From positions 1-64,000 of the forward strand of contig CAXGMD010000001.1 in the NCBI GenBank assembly GCA_964010765.1: a stretch of 64,000 bases of DNA, written 5' to 3'. The position numbers and the translations under genes are program-made. This stretch comes from an uncultured bacterium. GTDB taxonomy: Bacteria > SAR324 > NAC60-12. The notes below the pieces were generated by a model that saw nothing but the letters and a program-made list of their open reading frames with translations, was not told where the DNA came from and ran no database searches. Positions 61,612 through 64,000 of this stretch are shown piece after piece. Position 1 is the first letter of the stretch; each line of letters opens with the position of its first letter.

Positions 61612-62619
61612 TTGAATTGGTTAAAAAATGAAGAAAGTGGAGCAATACATGGAGCAGCTGTGGCCGATGCAGCAAGCCGCCCTCTTCACTGGATTTATGA
61701 TCGTGAGAAGATGGAATCACTCTTAAAAAAAGTATTTCAGCCAGAGTTTTGGCCAACCAGTGAATCCCCATTCTACACACTTCCAACTGGTGCGCACAGC
61801 TCTTACTTTGATACCACAGTCGTGATGCTCAGAGCCCTTGGAGAGAACGGTGGTAATTTTAATCCTTCCATTTTCTTGAAAAAAGCCGAGGAACATTTTG
61901 GATTGAATTCCGCTTACGAAGACTCATTTCAAGACTGAAAGAAGCGGTATGCTGACGCGAAAAGGGATGAAAAAACACCTGGACCAATTAATGGGCCTTG
62001 GCGGAATGGTTTGATGACCAAAATGTTGGAGAATCACCGATTAACGGGTCAGATCCCTTTGGGACCTGAAGACGCCTCTGAGTTGGATGCCTTCTGCGCA
62101 GCATTCCCTGTTTTGTTGATTGAATCCAGCGAAGAATCTTTGGAAAAATCAAACTCAGCTTTGAAGCTGCTAGCTAATAGCGAAACCTGTAGCGACCATG
62201 CTTTGGTGACAGGAACACTGCTGAAATGGGCGATTGATGCTGAATCTGAGCCTGTCAACAAACTTTTGACTGATTATCCAAAGCTGTTTTCGCAAAAGGT
62301 GAAAGAGGAAATCGAATTGATCGTTGAGAATCTTGATGAAGACAATACAGATTTTGTTGAGCGAATTGGCAAAGCGTGTCCTTTTCCTGGGACCTTCCAA
62401 GGAGCAATGCACGCTGTTTTGAAAGGTGAATCTTTCATTGAATCCGTCAGGATGACTATCCGAGCGGGAGGATGTAATTGTTCAAGAGCTATTCAGGTTG
62501 GGGCAATCTGTGGTGCTTTGTCAGGGGAAGAGGCCATACCGCAAGATCGGATACAGCAGACCCATTCCTCCAGTGAGTTAAAACATCTTCTGAATGATTT
62601 GTTGGCCAGTAAAGATTGA
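61612..62619 (+). pseudogene. ADP-ribosylglycohydrolase-family gene (SelJ/J1-crystallin-like) interrupted by an in-frame TGA at 61936-61938
   Basis: ORFs 61612-61938 and 62011-62619 share one frame with a single TGA between them. Motifs: GA..GAAVADAA..PLHWIYD, GPWR, ACPFPGTFQGAMH and IRAGGCNCSR...GA..GA..G...IP. Confidence 0.65.
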
Positions 62620-63008
62620 GGATGATGCAAAAATTTGGTTCCTTACCCTTCTTGCTTTTAACGATACTGGTTTTGGTATCCTACATTTTGTTTCGATAGG
62701 CAGATCATCCGCTTACTGGGTGTTGTTACAGCTTTTCAACACTTGGAGTCTCTATTTGATTCAGGTCGACAAGCTATTAATTGCTTCAAAAATTCAAAGT
62801 GATTCCAAAAAATTGGGGTGAATTTAGTTGATTAATCAAAAATCATCTCTGTTATCCTTTGCTTGCAAAATCTAAGGAAGCAATTATTGTTTCAAAGGTT
62901 CCTGTCCGTCAGAGTTACGATAGTTCCGATAAGCACATCTCCCAGCTTGGAAAATCACCAAGTTTCTACTAAATTGCTCAGCATTCAGGAAGGTTACAAA
63001 ATTTTTTA

Positions 63009-63025
63009 TTGGACTGATTTTAGCA
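63009..63025 (+). promoter_or_regulatory. Possible sigma54 promoter
   Basis: TTGGACTGATTTTAGCA has GG-N10-GC spacing but is imperfect; 70 nt upstream of the FliN-like gene. Confidence 0.25.
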
Positions 63026-63095
63026 TTCCAACGTAAACAAATTTTTTTGAACCATATCAATTAAAAAGTTCCTGAAAAACTGAATAAGGACTGTA

Positions 63096-63965
63096 ATGGC
63101 AGAAAACGATGATGATCTCAGCTTAGACGGTTTCGATACGGATGATGATAGTTTGAGCTTTGACGATATGGACTTAGACTCGGGAATGTCTGAGGTTTCA
63201 GAAATTGGTTTCGATGACGAGTCTACAGAAGCCAGCAGTGATTCAGATGAGTTTGAAAGTCTTGGTACGGATGATTCTGGCGATTCAGATGATGAGTTAT
63301 TGGAAGCTCTGAGTGAGGATGCACCTGTTGATGAGCCTGAAACGGTCAGTGCCGATGCAGAGATGCAGTTTGATGTTGATGGTTCGGCAGATGATCTTCA
63401 AGAAATGTCGATGGATACAGAACCAGTTGGCGGAGGGGATGAGTCCGAATCAACTGCTGAGGTTGAAAATGACTCGGAAGAAGACCCATTTGCTGAACAC
63501 TTGAATGAAGATGAGCCAAGTTTCTCCCCTGAAATTGAAGAGGATGATGAGGCCGACCCTTTCCTGACCAGTTCGGATCCAGTTGAATCAGAGTCTGAGG
63601 AGACTGTTGAATCTGAGTCAGAAGAAACTATTTTAGAAGAGGTACCACCGGTTGTCGCCGCAGCCGCGGGCATTGCCGCAGTTGGTATCGTCGCTGAAAA
63701 CTCTGCGCAAGTAATTGGAGAAATGTCTGTGGGAACAGAACTTTTGATGAATGTCCACCATGAGGCCACTGTTGAAATTGCACGAACACGGTTGACTGGT
63801 GAGGAAATTACCCAACTGACTCACGGCAGCGTGATTGAACTAGATAAAGCAGCTGGAGAGCCGGTTGATATCGTACTTAATGGCAAACTGGTTGCGCACG
63901 GTGAGATTGTGGTGATTAATCGGGAGAAATTGGGAGTACGTGTAATTGGTATCCACCAAGGATAA
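63096..63965 (+). CDS. FliN/FliM-family (SpoA domain) switch protein with a long acidic N-terminus
   Basis: C-terminal TVEIARTR....I.QL..GSVIELDKAAGEPVDI..NGKLVA.GE.VVI..KLGVRV; AAGGA RBS. Confidence 0.88.
   Translation: MAENDDDLSLDGFDTDDDSLSFDDMDLDSGMSEVSEIGFDDESTEASSDSDEFESLGTDDSGDSDDELLEALSEDAPVDEPETVSADAEMQFDVDGSADDLQEMSMDTEPVGGGDESESTAEVENDSEEDPFAEHLNEDEPSFSPEIEEDDEADPFLTSSDPVESESEETVESESEETILEEVPPVVAAAAGIAAVGIVAENSAQVIGEMSVGTELLMNVHHEATVEIARTRLTGEEITQLTHGSVIELDKAAGEPVDIVLNGKLVAHGEIVVINREKLGVRVIGIHQG
63582..63629 (+). repeat. Imperfect 24-nt tandem duplication (VESESEET x2)
   Basis: GTTGAATCAGAGTCTGAGGAGACT / GTTGAATCTGAGTCAGAAGAAACT. Confidence 0.75.
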
Positions 63966-64000
63966 GGAGCTTTTTGATGTTGTACTCACCAGAAGAATTG

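Noticed and set aside
62927..62934. TCCGATAA, a sigma28 -10-like element upstream of the FliN-like gene (position approximate)
   Set aside because: No TAAA-like -35 element at 15-nt spacing.
236..63824. Many 60-130 aa ORFs in the track lying antisense to or out of frame within recognised genes (e.g. 236-559, 773-982, 23265-23651, 36365-36754, 58180-58557, 63398-63769)
   Set aside because: Shadow ORFs with no recognisable motifs or RBS, overlapping well-supported genes.

Overview
Gene-dense bacterial chromosome segment with about 55 CDS. No prophage, IS element, integrase or CRISPR array is visible. The mix of housekeeping genes (plsX/rpmF, mfd, rnr, ftsW, aroA, lipA, rpoZ, lpdA, hisD) and lineage-specific hypotheticals suggests a marine deltaproteobacteria-like organism such as SAR324, but that is inference only. 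Best-supported item missed by the ORF track: selenocysteine decoding. A tRNA-Sec (1049-1147, -) is present, and a stand-alone PrdB/GrdB-family selenoprotein gene (20366-21169) has an in-frame UGA in a U-x-x-C motif followed by a SECIS-like hairpin; it overlaps the mfd start. Other candidates: (i) a sigma54-type promoter driving a SutA-like small protein, followed by a promoter and a highly structured ~200-nt intergenic RNA with C-rich anti-Shine-Dalgarno-like motifs (25440-26200); (ii) a putative phosphonate-ester scavenging locus (peptide-type ABC transporter, phosphonate monoester hydrolase-like sulfatase, divergent TIGR03364-like FAD oxidoreductase; 48494-57511); (iii) a rhodanese-NfuA fusion; (iv) an orphan OmpR-family regulator with Glu at the phosphoacceptor site; (v) a SelJ/J1-crystallin-like gene with an in-frame TGA that looks more like a pseudogene; (vi) an unannotated 55-aa ORF. 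All family calls come from motif recognition by eye; no database searches were run.
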